Shown here in pieces: positions 38,790 through 52,964 of a stretch of 64,000 nt of DNA. The stretch comes from the human T2T-CHM13v2.0 reference genome, Homo sapiens. Position numbers and translations under genes: made by a program. The stretch lies in NCBI RefSeq assembly GCF_009914755.1, contig NC_060925.1. One strand, 5' to 3'. Within the stretch, counting starts at the first letter, position 1, and every line of letters starts with the position of its first letter. The notes beneath the pieces were generated by a model. The model did no database searches, was not told the origin of the DNA, and saw only the letters and a list, made by a program, of their open reading frames with translations.

Positions 38790-39290
38790 ATATTAGATCT
38801 GTTTGGATGCTGTGGGCAGCAAATACTGGAAATACCAACTCGAACTGATTTAAGCAATAAGGAAGTGTATTGTTTCACATAACGGGAAATCCAAAGGCAG
38901 GTGGGCTCCAGATGTGATGTGTCAGGGCTGTGTTCCGTCTCTCACTGATTCTCCTTACCTTGCCCAACCCTGTGTCAGGTTTACCCTCACCTGAAAGCAA
39001 CATGGCTGCCACTTTGGAGCATCATATCCAAACACGGCAACACCTGTAAGAAGATCTGTCTCTTCCTGTTCCTCTTTCTTAGGAGCAAGAAACTGTTTCC
39101 CAAAACCTCCCCACAGCAGACTTCCTACTTTTCATGGGGCAGAATTGGGTCACATGACTGTTCCTAAACCAATCAGGGAACTCCCATGGTTGGCTTAAGC
39201 AGAACTTGCCCCTGGAGCTGAGCATGGAGCTTATCCCCTGGACCACACTGGGGAGAGACACAGAATCTGGGGCTATCAGGAAGGAAGGAA
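38790..39290 (-). mobile_element. Ancient MLT1-family LTR
   Basis: aacatggctgcc...ttcccaaaacctcccc.cagcagacttcct...ggcagaattgggtcacatg..cctaaaccaatca. Confidence 0.7.
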
Positions 39291-40664
39291 GAAGGTGAAG
39301 GGATGAATCATGAGTTGGCCACGGGAATCTTGGTCCTTACTGAGTCTGATTACAGCATCACCACATGCTTTATCCTATGAGACAACATTCCTCACAGTTT
39401 ACTCTGCAGTTTCGATTGGATTTTTATGGGAAGCATCATTTTTCTCTGACCTCGTGCTGCAATTTTGTTTCTTTTTTCCTTAGCAGAGACCACAATGGAA
39501 ATCCTACTATAGAAACACTTGAGTGCTATCAAAGGATCAGACCATATAAGGTGCTAGAGACCTTTTTATTTTAAATAAGAAACAAAACTATTTATACTTT
39601 TACAAGGAGTCTGCCCTATTTTAGTAAATATTTGGCAAAGCTTCTTGATTAAAGAGCAAACTGACCCTTGTTCTGCAGGGTTGTTTTGCCATAACTAAAA
39701 TCGTTCATTAATTTTCTGAAAATAGAAGCAGCAAGTGTGTGTTCTTTTGCACTGTGACTAAAGTAGTGCTTACTTGTGATTTGTTTTAAGCTATATTTAC
39801 TTAGGCGTAATTGGTCAGGTGTCTTTTAAACCTCAGCTCTCGTCAGACCCCATTCTGAGTTACAATCACCAAATGGTACACTCGGAAAATAATCTCCCAT
39901 GGATGGAGCTAAGATGCATTAATCTGGCCCTGGAGACTCTGGCGTGTTTGACAATACATTTCAAACTGGGTCTCAGAGGTCCTGCATTTGGTAACAAGTT
40001 CCAACTGTTTTGACAAATAGCGATTCCCTAGATTATTAAACAGTGCGTGATCTGAGAGAAGCTTGTTGAGCACCATATGTTTCTGATTCATTGGCAGTTA
40101 ACTCATTGTGTGACGTTGGGCTTGTGGGAAACACTCCAGACCTGATCACCTTTCTTCTTTAAAAGCATCCTCTTGCCAGCTGAACTGGGTGTGGTGCAGC
40201 TGCAAAGAGTGGTGTTAAATTAGTCTCATAAACTTCTGCAGGACAGCCATATTGGGAGTTATCCCACGATGCCACACAGTAGACTGGGTTGTGGCTGGCC
40301 GGCAGGCAGGTGCAGGATGTGGTCCCGGGGCTTGTCATCTGTCCCATTCATGTAAAATGTGCCTCTGCCTCCAATCTCCTTCCCCCATCCTCTGGCCTTG
40401 GCTGACAGTTTCTGATCCTAAATCAAAGATGCTCAGAAGAAAAGCCATCAGTAGATATCAAGCAAAGGATTTAGAAATATTTAGAATGCTAAAATGTCAG
40501 TGCTGGAAATTGCCTTAAAGATCATCCAGTTCAACCTCATTTCTTGGATAAGTAACGTGGGGTGATGTGGCATGCCCAGTGTCACACAGCTAGGTTCCGG
40601 TTTATTCCCTTGTTTCCTTACTGCTTCCCAGTCACTACTGGGAAATTCAAAATTCAACTTTCAG

Positions 40665-41040
40665 TGTGGGCAACTTAAATGGAGTCTGGAATACACTAGT
40701 TGATTCTGGTGCTCCACCACTTACCTAATAGAAAAATGAGAAAAATAAAGGCCCCCACCTCATAGAGCCAGTGATATTAAATAACTTAATCCGAACAATG
40801 TGTGGCGTGTGGTGAGAGCTCAATGAAAGCCTCCATGGCCACTGTCATTCTCTCCTGACTGTTGGCAGGAGGCAAAGTGGTTCAGTGGAAAGAGCGCCAA
40901 ATAAGTAGGAGTTAAGAAATGTCTGGCGCCAGCCATGTGACCTGAAAGAATCACTCACCTTCTCAAATCCTCAGTTTCCTCTGCCTTCCTCAGAGGAGGA
41001 TTTTATGTATGTAAAAGTGTTTTGTTGCCGTACAACTCTA
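40665..41040 (+). mobile_element. Two degenerate MIR fragments
   Basis: ctggtgctccaccacttac...gagctcaatga; cagtggaaagagc...tgtgacct...cctcagtttcctc. Confidence 0.6.
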
Positions 41041-41042
41041 TA

Positions 41043-41185
41043 GCAGTGCTCTTCAAACAGTAATGTGCATACAGATCACCTGGTGATCTTGTCAACGTGC
41101 AGATTCTGTTTCTGCAGGTCAAGTGTGAGCCCAAGCTTCAGCATTTCTAACAAGCTCCCAGGAGATGCAGGTGATGCAGTCCAAT
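41043..41185. mobile_element. MER5A
   Basis: gcagtgctcttcaaac...atcacctggtgatcttgtcaacgtgcagattctg...gcatttctaacaagctcccagg. Confidence 0.85.
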
Positions 41186-43277
41186 GACTTCCCTCTGATG
41201 TGCTATATGACATAAGGGCAGCATTCTGATCACCAGGCAGACGGCAACCTCCAAACCCCTCAGATTGTCTTCTTGACTCCAGATGCAGCATTTGTAAAGC
41301 AGCGTGGGTAAATGACATGCTGCTCCTAAGGATTCTGCAAAAAGGGGACCTGAAAGTGGATCTATCTGGTACCTAGTGTCAAGGTCTCATATATTAAGTT
41401 TAGCATTTGGTCTCCTAACAATCTCACACTTTGCTGAATACCATTTTGCAGATCTGGTGACTATCATGTCAGCATTCTAAAGCTCCTCCCCTAAGAGTTA
41501 GTTCTGGCTTATTGGCTGTTAACTCTTTCAGGCTACAGTTGAGCCAGGTACCAGAGGTTGGCAGGACAAGTGTGATGCCAGGGAAAGAGTGGATGATAAA
41601 TTCGGCTCTAGGCTGGAAGCCAAATTATGTTTAAAACTGTTTCTGGCCCCCTTACAAGCGTTGGTGTGGCTGGGGCATGAGTGAAAATAGAGGCAACAGC
41701 ACAATCTACCATAGCAGCCAGGAACACTGTGAACAACAGGAAAGAGATTTGAAAGTCTGTTCGTGTTCTAAGAGAATTGCAGAAATGTTAAGTGGCCACC
41801 GTAGCTGAGAGGACTTGCCAGCTCTAATTAGAAGTGGGCAGGTGATTGGGTGTTTGAAACTTTACTTTGGGTACTTCTGGAGAGTCAGGAAGTTAGGAGG
41901 GTTTGCATTCGAGAGTGATTTCTTTACCCAGGAGATGAGGCCAGAGATGGCCATAAGAAGATGTCAGAGTTTACTGCTGGCTGCCAGGTTCTTTCTCCAG
42001 TGAGAGCCTAGTGGATGGCAAAGGGTATGAAAGGAGGGAGTTGGGGCAGATAAATGACAACCGAAGCACGGAGGAGACCACTGGCAATTCTTACCTTTGC
42101 TTCAAGACTCGGCTCAACTGACATCTGCCCTCTCTTTTGCCTTCACCACCCCATGTTCCCCCATGCTGACCAGTCGGTCCCCTGAAGGCAGGCACGGTGC
42201 CTTCCATTCTCCTGTCCCCTACCTACATCACGGGCATGATCCCAGTAAATGTTTGGTTATGTGTTTCTGGAGTGAGAACAAAGGGCAGAGAAAAAGAGGA
42301 AGGGGAAGAAGGAAAAGGAAACCACAGAAGAAAGAAAAAGAAGAGAGGGGTTGAGAGACTCTTTGGGAAGCCAGCCTTTCAAGGTTCCAAGAATGTTTTC
42401 CAAAATCCTTCAAACCCAGGTCCTAGTAAATGGTTTGGCTTCATCACACATGCACAGGAAAACTAAATGAGGGTCTGAGTCTGATTGACACTAGCCCTCT
42501 CCACAGCATCAGATGTGGCTGTGTGAGCTTAAACACAGGGAGGAGGGCCTGCCGTCTAGCTTCTAGCTTGGTGTTGATTCCCTGTGTGTTTAAAGCCAGG
42601 TGAGAGATGAAGCAGGCAGGGCACATGCCACAGCAGATGTTGTTCCCCCTTCCTGGGAGCCAAGGAGGCCTGACTCCTCAGCTGGTCACCTCTCCAGGAG
42701 AGGATGGAAGCCACAGGGCCCCAGGGTCTAGCTGATGCTGCATTCCCAAAACCTCCAACGAGGAGACTGTGTTATTTCAGCCATGCTTCATTGGACGGCA
42801 AATATTTGAGCTGCTTTATGAGGATCTGGGACATTGCAGAGTCTTCAAATTCACAGCAAGCTGCCCCCACGTGAGAGTTAATTACTCATACCAGGCCCTG
42901 TTTGCAGCGCTGGCTGTGGAAATGGTTCCCAATCCTCAGTCACGTCTAAGCTGTGAGGGTGTGCTAAGACAAGGAAAAGCTCAGTTAAGGCTACATTTCC
43001 AAAAACTCTGGGGGCTATTTTGCCCCAAACTTCTTGCTGTGGTGACAGTTATGAAACAGTGGCATGGGGAGTTTCCTCCCTAAGCACACCACCAACAGAG
43101 AGAGGGCGTCTCTGTTCTCGTTTATAGGACCAGAAAACTAGTTTTAAATGCCATCATTCCAACAGGAATACAAGATGTGACTTTGGGCCCAAACTGGAAC
43201 CTTTGAGCTGACATTTCTCCTCTTATAAAACTCAACCATTGCTTGCAGCCTACTGCATGTGCTGGGTTCTTGCATGA

Positions 43278-43655
<378 letters not shown>

Positions 43656-43688
43656 TAGAGTCTTCAAATACAGACTGTTTTCAAACAG

Positions 43689-44257
43689 TGTGGTGGCTTT
43701 GTAAGGTGTCAACTGGACCACAATGAAGCCAAGTCTCAGAATTCCCTTTCCTCTACAGTTCTGCAAGTGAAATTTGGAAGGCAAAGTTGAGGCAGCAGCC
43801 ATTTTTGTGTTCGGAAGGTGGGTATAGGTACCAGGTACCGTGGCAGCTCATGTATGTTGTTAAGTATCTCCTAGCCTACCTTGTTAGCGTGGGACTCCAG
43901 CTCCTGCCAGTTCCCTCCTTCAGCCCCTCCGAGTCCTGGGCCGGGTATGTGTGCACCTGTGACAAAAGGTACCAGCTGTTTCTGCAAGTCACCCACATCC
44001 TCAAGGCTGGAGATGGTGAAACAAATGGGAGTACCAGTTGTTCTTAATTGCTCACCCTCATTGCACATTCAGTTCTCCTTTCCCTCTGGCCTACAACAAC
44101 TTCAGTCCCAACACCAGATGCAGAGACAACAGTCTGGCATTGACGTCTCCATCAGCACCCACAATTGCTTAAGGCCTAATCCACATTTTAAAAAAATTCT
44201 CTTACCCTGTTTCATGCATGATGATTCCACTTTTCTGATTGAGCCCTGCCTCATACA
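43689..44257 (+). mobile_element. Ancient ERVL-class solo LTR (subfamily uncertain)
   Basis: TG...CA ends: tgtggtggctttgtaaggtgtcaact...cagaattcccttt...ttctgattgagccctgcctcataca. Confidence 0.6.
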
Positions 44258-44572
44258 ATGTATAGAGCCAGGCCACCATGATAGACTTGGAAGGATAATG
44301 TGAGTAAGTGACAACTAATCATGTCCAACCCCAATTTTAGTCATTAGATTGTTGCCCATTTCTCAATGGAGGCTTTCTGGAAGAGTGCTGCTGACCAGTT
44401 GATAAATTGACTACTTTTAGTAAACTATCCTTTTACTTCCTCTTCTCCCCTTCTCCACTGTAGGTATTCCACATAATTTCCACTGCCCTGAGATCAAGGC
44501 CAACCCATGCAAACTCCTATACCTCATAACGTCCTTGCGTTTTCACCCATATTCTTTCCTTCACACATCTAA

Positions 44573-45044
<472 letters not shown>

Positions 45045-45459
45045 CATGTATTTTATTTTTAAGAGTACCTTTCTTTGACCGTTACTCCTTCAAACTTCCA
45101 TCATATCTCTGCCTTCCATCAAACTTCCTTAAAGGGAAACTGTTGCCTTCATCTTCCCACTGCCTGAATCCCTACCTTCTATGCCAGAGGTTCTCAGGCT
45201 TGGCTGCACATGGGAATTCCCTGGAGCCAGGACCCACCTCCAGATGTTTTGATGGAGTTGCCGGAGAGTGTGTCCTAGGCCAGGGGGATCCTGCCCTCCT
45301 ACATACTTGCAAATCCAATGCTCTTGGTAGGAGAAGGGACAACTTAATAAGTCTCAAGCAAGTTAAGAAAGCTCAGAGGAAAAGGTGGACGTATTTGCCT
45401 ACTTAAAAATTTTAAAGCTTCCAGGTAAATAGATTATTTTCCTGTTAAATTAATGAACA

Positions 45460-45880
45460 CATTTTACATATTAATACCCAATGCTGGTGAGAACAAGCTT
45501 CTCATTCATTGCTAACGACTGAGTAACTAGGTATATAATTCCTTGGAAAAACAATTTAGCAAACTATCCAGGGGCATAAAAATGTACATACTATTTAATT
45601 CATTATTTCTACGTCTGGAAATCTATCCTAAGGAAGTAATTCAAATGCTGAAATATAACTAAAGTACTCAAAATGCTGATTGCAGTATTATTTACAATAG
45701 TGAAAAATTGGAAGCAACCTAAAAAAACAAAAGGGGAATGATAAATGTATTTATGGTGCATTTAGTGGTTTGAATATTAAGGTACAAATGAAAAGATAAT
45801 TATGAAGACTATAACATGAAAAAATGCTTATAAGTGGGAAAAAAAGCAGTACATGTAATTATTGATATAATGTAGGAGGA
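45460..45880 (+). mobile_element. Degenerate L1ME-like fragment
   Basis: ggaaaaacaatttagc...gcagtattatttacaatagtgaaaaattggaagcaacctaaa. Confidence 0.7.
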
Positions 45881-46556
45881 AAGTTGGTAAAGACAAATCA
45901 AGCCTGGCTTAAACTAATTATGTGGCTTTTTAAATGTCACAATTTCACATTTTAATAAATACTAAATATTAACTTGGGAATTTGGGCAAATAGGCTTAGA
46001 CCTTTTTTTAAAAAAACTCTTCCAGCCGGAGATTTTTAGTTTTAACTTTAGTTGACTTTTCCAAATACATTTGAAAACAAGATTAGCAAGCTAGTTTTGT
46101 CCTGATAGCACTGTGCTCCCCTAAGCTTGAATCTTGTAAACATGTCTCAGGATGATAACACAATTATCTTGAATCTTATCCCTTTTTAGGGAAGCTGCTC
46201 TCATTTTTCCCAGCTGGAAGATTTGTGGAAGACATTTGACTTTATGCTCTTGTTTCAGTTTCATCAGTAACACAATTTCTCCAGTGGATTGTTTTTTCCT
46301 TGTGGCAAAAGGAAGAAATTCAGGCTCACAGTTAAATGCTAATTCTAGAAAGCAACCCTGAGGGACATTATTCTCAGCATTTCCTGAATTCCTTGGTATA
46401 ATAATGGATGGTCATTATGTTTTGGGGTCCCCATTTGGACTTGGGGGTAGAGGACAAAAATTAAATGAAGCTCTGAAATTATCCTTGAATGATAGAAATG
46501 CATCACACAGTGTAACAGAACACACAAGTGACTGGGAATACAAAGAAGGCCGGTGA

Positions 46557-46846
<290 letters not shown>

Positions 46847-47029
46847 AAGATTTTTTAAAAATCAAGAAATGTGGAGGAGAGGCTTGTAGCACAATATAGA
46901 CCGGACACCTCAGACTTCTGAAAGGCACACACGGAGGTCTTTCTCCCGTGTGGATTTTTGCCAGCCATGGTCACTATTTGCCATCCCTTTCCACGGAGGA
47001 CTGAGCTGAATACAAGTCCTCTTATAAGC

Positions 47030-47580
47030 ATAAGCTTGTTCTGAGTTAGTGCTTCATTGAGAGAAAACGAGGATGTAGAGCTTCGAGAATAGGGGCCAGA
47101 TGGTGTCACAGTGAAATACAGCACAGGCTCCACTCAGGGCTTTGTTCAGAGCAAGGTGAATGTTGTATCCTGTTGGGACCACACTTTATTCTCTGAGGGA
47201 CAATAAAGGGGCTACCCCCTGCTTTTACATGCATGCTTACACCTGTTTGCAGAGACAGGTTTGTAAGGCATCCTTGCTAGAAAATGCACGCTTTTACTCT
47301 CTGGCTGAAAATATCTTACAAGTAGATGCTTAAAAAGCACAAGATTTATATTTTCTATTTTATTTGTAAAAGTCCTAACTTGTCTGCAGGCTTGATTCCC
47401 TTGAAGCCTGCCGTACTTTTCTTTGGAAACCTACATTTGTGGACAAAGGCATTGTTCATTCCCCAGAGCCTAAAGTCCAATTGAGTCCAACAATATGGAA
47501 TTTTAAAAGCTCAAATTTTGTTTTCTTGAGTGATCTAGGGTTTTTCACCTGCTGTTGGTTTTTCCTTAGAAGACTCACGG
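47030..47580 (+). other. Candidate exon ending at a strong donor (alternative first exon, or internal exon/microexon); start uncertain
   Basis: CGG|GTAAGT at 47580/47581 within a repeat-free block. TATA-like CTTATAAG near 47021. Possible acceptors at 47389/47390 and 47569/47570. Confidence 0.4.
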
Positions 47581-48605
47581 GTAAGTGTGTCAGACATGGA
47601 CCAGAATCAAAGTACTATGCAGTATTTTGAAAAGAGCAAAACTGTGTGGAAACATACCTGTTTGTCACAGCACCATTTGGAAGTCATTTGTACAAATGAC
47701 AGCAATGCATTTATGTTGCATTTGGGAACAGCATAGATAGAATTTGAAATAAATTGCAGTGATATATAGTGCACCACTTTCGACTTCAAATAGCAGAAGA
47801 ACTTACATGAAATTCATAGTGTAGTATAAATGCAGCCTCATGAACATCTGAACATCCTTTCTGCACACAGTCCCTTCCTGCCAGGTGTGCTCTAGAGACA
47901 TAGTACAGTGGGATGGACTGCGGAGCAGCCGCCACAACTCCAGCCGATTAGAAGAAACTGCTGACTCATGCAAAAGTCTGAGGCAAGTTTCTGCAGTAAA
48001 GGAAGAGGCGCACTGGAGATATTAGAAGGCAGGCAACATTGACTTCTCTATCCAGTGCTGACGCCCCCTTCACATTTCCCGAGGTGAGGTTCTTTTGGGT
48101 CTGGTAGCCCCGCTGGCCTAGAGGTCAACATTGACACTGTTTACACTCGGAATACAGCGAAGGGACTGGCAGGAAAACCACTGAGAAACATTAATGATGC
48201 AAGGCTGGTATTGCAGAAGAAAACTAAGGCTGTGATCTGCAAAAATCTAACATGGAACTCGATCTCAGCCAGGTTTCGAAAACCTGGGTATTCTCTTTTT
48301 CGAAGTTGAAAGCAACTTTTTAGGAGGTAAGTGCAAACCTGGTTGTGTGGGTGGATTGCAGCAGGATCTAATTTGAGCACAGTTCTGAGAATCCAGACTC
48401 TGTGAAGTCCTTTCTGGCTGTGCTAACCCACTGCAGGAGTTTGGGAAAGTTGCCTGATTTCTCTGTGCCCTACTTTACATGCTGGGGAAAGGACAAACTA
48501 GGGCATCATCAAAGGCTTAAGATAATAAAAATTTTCCTTGACCTTTTAAAGAGATTGCATCAATAAAAAATACGTAACTAGAGGAAAGTGATATCAGTGA
48601 TGTAG

Positions 48606-48993
<388 letters not shown>

Positions 48994-50023
48994 AGCAGAG
49001 AACAAAGTTTCTAAAACACCCATCAAATCATTCTGCTTCCCTGATTAAAGTCCCTCACTGGCTGCCAGTTGCTTACACAATGCGATTCGGATTCCTTGGC
49101 TCCGCAGCCAAAGCCCTCTGTGATTCGGTGCTGCCCACCTCTCTAGTGTCAACCCTCGCCCACCTTCCATGCACCTCCTCCCCAGGAGCTCCCGAAGGCT
49201 GTACTCAAAGGGATGGGAGGTGCCCCACTGCCATGGTCACAGTGAAGATGCATCAGAAGACGGAGGTGATAAAGAGCCTCCTGAGACCATCCACCCAAGG
49301 CCACCTTCGAAGAAACTCAGAAGACTGTGTCCTTGGCCACCCTGTACAGGAGTTCTACTAAGAGTCAGGCTTTCTCCACTGATCTTCTGTGGATGTTTGC
49401 TCTTCATCTCTCCTCCCCCTCCCTGTTCTTGACCCAAGGTTCGCTGGAAGTACTCTGATGTTGCACATTATCTGTCAGCAAGGTTTACTGAGAACTCCAG
49501 TCCCAGCAACACCAAATGGCACAGACTCATCTGTACAGAGCCTGAAATACCTAGAAACAGGTAGTGAGCTATGAAATGAGACAGAGACCCAGGCTGCAGG
49601 CAGATTGCCGAGGGCAGAAATACACAGAGGTTCTGGGAAACCATGGCTTGGAGGTGGCTCCAGTTCTGGGTCCCTGTCCTCGGCCCCTGCAGCCACCACA
49701 TTTTCTAGTGTTTGCTTCCTGAACTAGGGGCCATTTTGCTGTCTTACCTCAGGGCACCTACTGAATTCATCTGTCAGGTTCTGGCTTTTTAAGTGTTAGG
49801 TTCACCATGAACACAACTCAGCTGTCCTGTTGCCTTTGACCTCCAATTGCCCATGACTTCCACTTACCCTAGATAGGGGTGAAGGCACCTTATCAGGTCA
49901 ACCAAAGAGCAGCCATGTCTGCCTTCCCCTCAGATCAGGTGGACAAGTGAATCAAGAAACCATATGATTACAGCAGTCTTATTCCGAGCAGGCACCAGGC
50001 CAGCCTTTTACTTTTGTTACTGC

Positions 50024-50341
50024 CTTTTTTGGGGAGTGGAGTTGTGGGGGTGAGATGGGGGACAGAGTCTTCCTCTGTCTCCCAGGCTGGAGTGCAGTGG
50101 TGCGACCTCGGCTCACTACAACCTCTGCCTCACGATTCAAGCAATTCTCCTGCCTCAGCCTCCTGAGTAGCTGGGACTACAGGCATCCATTACCATGCCT
50201 AGCTAATATATTTTGTATTTTTAGTAGAAACGGGTTTTACCATGTTGGCCAGGCTGGTCTCAAACTCCTGGCTTCAAGTGATCGGCCTGCCTCGGCATTC
50301 TAAAGTGCTGGGATTATAGGTGTGAGTCACCGCACCTGGTC
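50024..50341 (-). mobile_element. AluS, antisense, with an atypical tail
   Basis: Alu body ~50060-50341. TSD ttgttactgc at 50014-50023 and 50342-50351. Confidence 0.9.
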
Positions 50342-50379
50342 TTGTTACTGCTTCTCCTCCTCTCCCTCATCCTCCGATG

Positions 50380-50515
50380 AAGGTGTTATCATCCCCATTT
50401 TTCAGATGTGGAAGCTGACACTTAGAGAGGCTCAGTAACTTGCCCAAGGTCATAGCTAGAAGGGGATGGGACTGGGATTCCAACCCAGTCCAATCCAGGT
50501 CTGATTCCAAAAACT
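50380..50515 (-). mobile_element. MIR
   Basis: atccccatttttcagatgtggaagctgac...taacttgcccaaggtcatagctag. Confidence 0.85.
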
Positions 50516-50583
50516 GCTCTCTTCTAGTATGCTAATCATTACATTGTGCTTAATATGGGTTAGATACTCTTCTAAGCACTTTA

Positions 50584-50880
50584 CAGGCTGGGACCTACAA
50601 TGGGGTGTTCCAATAAACCTGTAGTAAGTCAAAAATGCATGTACATCTAACCTACTGACATCACAGCTTAGCCTAGCCTACCTTAAACATGCTCAGAACA
50701 CTTACATTAGCCTACAATTGGGCATAATTATGGAATACAAAGCATCTTTTATAATCATTAAAATAAAAATTTTATAATCATTAAAAATCAAAAATTCAGA
50801 ATTTAAAGTTCAGTTTCTACTGAATGAGTGTCACTTTTGCACCATTATAGAGCCAAAAAATTTTAAGTCGGGACCACCAG
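50584..50880. mobile_element. MER47/Tigger5-type TcMar MITE inserted at TA within a MIR
   Basis: gcttagcctagcctaccttaaacatgctcagaacacttacattagcctaca...tttctactgaatg...taagtcgggacc. MIR halves at ~50525-50583 and 50881-51050. Confidence 0.8.
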
Positions 50881-51769
50881 TATTTATAACTCACTTAAAC
50901 CTCGCAACATCTGTAGGAAAGAGGAACAATTATCTCCGTCTTCCAGGGGAACATCTAAGGCCCAGAGAGTTTCAGCAACTTGCTTAATGTCGCACAGCTG
51001 TTAAGGGGCCGGGACAGGATCAGTCTGGCAGCCTAGATCCAGAGGCTGTGCTCCTCACTCCTGTGAGGCACAAACTCCCCATGCTTCAGCCTCCTGAGGT
51101 GTTGGCACAACCAACACTTCTGGAGCGCCTCCCTTGGGTAGGCACAGTGCGAAGGCACTGCAAGAAGAATGTAAAGTGCATACATGTCCTTGAACTCAAG
51201 GAGCTTACTAAGTCCAACTGACATGTCGGGAGCAGGGGTGGCAGTTGTTGCGGGGGCAAGAGGCCTTTACAAAGGCATGCTGAGGGGCATGTCTACCCTG
51301 CATCTCCAGGTTTACTTCTAAAAACCATAACAGAGTTCCTTTTCGGAAATCTTTACAATGTACAGACCTCTATGCTGTCAGGGGCTGCTGAGAAATAGCA
51401 AAACCCTGTCTTTGGCTTTATCTCCTTAGATAGAGGAGAAATCCACAGTTATGTGAGATCGAAGGAGAGCCAAGCTTTGACACTGTCCAGCTCTGCTTGC
51501 AGAGAAAGGCAGTGGCCGGAGCAAAGGCTGACCATGGAAGCTTGACCGAAGGCTGCTCAGCAGCAAACAAGACAGCCAGGTGCCCCCGGCAATTCCTGAC
51601 CTCCCCCAAGCAGCTTGAAGGCTTTGCCTAGGCATCTGTCATTCTCTTCAGTCACTCTGGGCAAAGGGGCAGAGGCAAGGTCTGGGAGCTCCTTGGGCCA
51701 TGGACACTGGTTTCTGCATCTGTTCTTCCTGGGGTTCTCTCGGACACCCCCTGGCTCACAGTGCAAGCT

Positions 51770-51985
51770 CAGTTAAGAATGCAAACATTGGTGCCAGACA
51801 GACTGAGTGGGAATCTAGCTAAGAGGCCTGGGGCGTGCCCATGGTTACCTTGTCTATAAAATGGGGCTAACAACAGTTCCTATCTCAGAAGGCCATTGTG
51901 AGGAATAAACATAGTAATGTGTAATCTAAAATACAGGTCTGGCACATAGCTCCATGATGGTGCTCCATCAATGTTAGCTATTATT
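51770..51985 (+). mobile_element. MIR
   Basis: gtctataaaatggggctaacaacagt...ttgtgaggaataaa...aatgttagctattatt. Confidence 0.8.
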
Positions 51986-52588
51986 AAATTCTAAAACCCA
52001 AGTCAACTGTTAACTTTTTTCTGAATCCCTCTGCCCCTTCTCTAAGTTCTGGGCTTGTACAGTATTTTAGAGAAAGAGAGAGAGAGATCTCTGCTATGAC
52101 ACTGATCCTATTGAATTGTAATTACGTCTCTCTGTCTCTTCCACTAGATCATGACTTTCATCTGAGGGCTGGACCTTACTAATGTGTATCCAGCACGGTG
52201 TCAGAGGCACTGCCAGTATTGGCTAAAGTAATTGATTAAACGGAATCCTATCCTTGTGCTGCCTTAGGGACCCCACAAGCCTCCCCACGCTACCATCCCT
52301 CAGGTTGTAACTAGAGGCCTGGACAGATGTGTCTGCTGTTCTAGGTAATGGGATTTCCTCTGAAGACCCTCTTTGTTACCACATGGGCCTTTATCCAGCA
52401 GCAGGACACAAGTAAGGGAACATATAGGGACTCAAACCCTGAGCCAAGTTTCCAGACTGGGCCAGTAGATGTGTGGATTCTTACTTCCTTTGCCTAACTG
52501 TTCGGCCTTCCTAAGTTCTCCATATGGCAATAGCTTCCTAAATTTGTCCCTTACATTTTTCCCCTCTCCTCTAATTTCTTCTGAACAC

Positions 52589-52745
52589 CAGTGCTTCTCA
52601 AAGTTTAACATGCACACAAATCACCTGGGGATCTTGTTCAAATGCAGAGTCTGATTGGGCTGGACTGGGATGAGGCCAAAGTGCTGCATTTTTACCAAGC
52701 CCCTGGGAGATGCAGATGCTGTCAGTCCTCATTCGATAGCTTGAG
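52589..52745. mobile_element. MER5A
   Basis: cagtgcttctcaaagtttaacatgcacacaaatcacctggggatcttgttcaaatgcagagtctgatt. Confidence 0.85.
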
Positions 52746-52964
52746 TAGAAAGGCAGGGCACCACTGCCAGGATAATCTCCTAACACGGAACTGTGATCAT
52801 GTCACTTTAGTGGATTTGAACAGACCCTTCACCAAAAGAGATATAAAGATGGCAAATAAACACATGAAAAGATGCTCGATATCATTAGCCATTAAGGAAA
52901 TGCAAGTTAAGGCCACAGTGACATTCCACCACACACAGAATACCTAAAATTAAAAATTACAATA

